From assembly GCA_003551495.1 (NCBI GenBank), contig PUMT01000010.1, positions 1 to 62,749 on the forward strand: a stretch of 62,749 bases of DNA. The letters run 5' to 3'. Positions 61,819 through 62,749 of this stretch are shown piece by piece. The stretch is from Bacteroidota bacterium. Its GTDB lineage: Bacteria; Bacteroidota; Bacteroidia; Bacteroidales; PUMT01. Under the pieces are notes generated by a model that was given only the letters and a program-made list of their open reading frames with translations, was not told the DNA's origin and searched no databases. The position numbers and the translations under genes are program-made. Positions within the stretch are counted from its first letter, which is position 1, and every line of letters begins with the position of its first letter.

Positions 61819-62727
61819 ATGGGGGGAAAAGGCATATTGATTGTTTTAACAGGACCGACAGGATCAGGAAAAACTGATCTGGCAATAAAGCTTGCCCGGC
61901 ATTTAAATACCGTAATCATATCAGCCGATTCACGCCAGGTTTACAAGGAGATTAAAACAGGCACTGCAGCACCCACTGAAGAACAGTTGAAGGAGGCAAA
62001 ACATTTTTTTGTCGGCCACAAGTCCATACATGAACATTATAACGCAGGAATGTTCGAAAATGAAGCAATCACACTTCTTAACAAACTCTTCCCGGAATAC
62101 GGAAAAGTAATAATGGCAGGGGGATCGGGATTATATATTGATGCCGTTTGTAAAGGTATAGACGACCTGCCTTCGTCAGATCCGTTATTGAGAGAAGAGC
62201 TGGAGGATGATTTCAGGGAAAAGGGAATCGGATACCTGAGAAGTAAATTAAAAATGCTTGATCCGGAGCATTACAGGGTTGTTGACCTCAAAAACCCTAA
62301 ACGAATGCTCAAGGCAATTGAAATGTCACTTATTTCGGGGAAACCTTATTCTTCATTACTGACAGGCCGGATCAAAAAAAGGGAATTCAGCATATTCAAA
62401 GCAGGTATAAACCTCCCCAGGGAGGAACTTTACTCCAGGATTAACAGCCGTGTAGACAGAATGATAGCTGAAGGACTGGAAGAGGAAGCGCGCAGGTATC
62501 ACAGGTACAAACATTTGAATGCGCTGAATACTGTAGGATACAAAGAGCTTTTTGCTTATTTCGCGGGAGAGATAACTTTTAACAAGGCAGTCGAGCTGAT
62601 TAAAAGAAATACACGGCATTATGCAAGAAGACAGATCACGTGGCTCAGACGCGACAAAGATATCAAATGGTTCTCCCCGGATGAATTTGACAGATTGTTG
62701 TCGTACCTGGAAGAATATCAGGGATAA
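61819..62727 (+). CDS. miaA: tRNA dimethylallyltransferase
   Basis: GPTGSGKT, SADSRQVY, GGSGLYI, TVGYKE, TR.YA.RQ.TW. Confidence 0.97.
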   Translation: MGGKGILIVLTGPTGSGKTDLAIKLARHLNTVIISADSRQVYKEIKTGTAAPTEEQLKEAKHFFVGHKSIHEHYNAGMFENEAITLLNKLFPEYGKVIMAGGSGLYIDAVCKGIDDLPSSDPLLREELEDDFREKGIGYLRSKLKMLDPEHYRVVDLKNPKRMLKAIEMSLISGKPYSSLLTGRIKKREFSIFKAGINLPREELYSRINSRVDRMIAEGLEEEARRYHRYKHLNALNTVGYKELFAYFAGEITFNKAVELIKRNTRHYARRQITWLRRDKDIKWFSPDEFDRLLSYLEEYQG

Positions 62728-62749
62728 CCTGAAGCCTTTCGTATAGCTC

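Overview
Chromosomal window from a Bacteroidota genome, probably an anaerobic or facultative Bacteroidales/Marinilabiliales-type organism. Evidence: TAnnTTTG promoter boxes, T9SS C-terminal domains, PorP/SprF, BtuG and FISUMP genes. About 48 genes. Housekeeping: dapA, ligA, sucA, sucB, gap, miaA, ggt. Many exported peptidases/hydrolases: two S9, S1, M14, M3 and an amidohydrolase pair. A cobalamin riboswitch heads a B12 uptake operon whose btuB carries one in-frame TAA and which contains a T9SS-secreted protease. A four-gene porP/sprF-linked cluster shows head/tail domain sharing that suggests a tip-shaft-anchor surface filament; this is my top candidate for an undescribed system. An AT-rich Fic gene is flanked by attC-like sites (integron-type cassette, no integrase in the window). 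Two sulfur-handling modules lie about 4 kb apart: SLC13/MBL-rhodanese/YeeE, and Crp/Fnr-Sqr-DUF1641-TusE-DsrE. There are several tandem repeats and palindromic operators, and a recurrent Asp-to-Cys swap in turn motifs of exported proteins. No rRNA, tRNA, CRISPR array or transposase was recognised. All family calls come from motif recognition by eye, not database searches.
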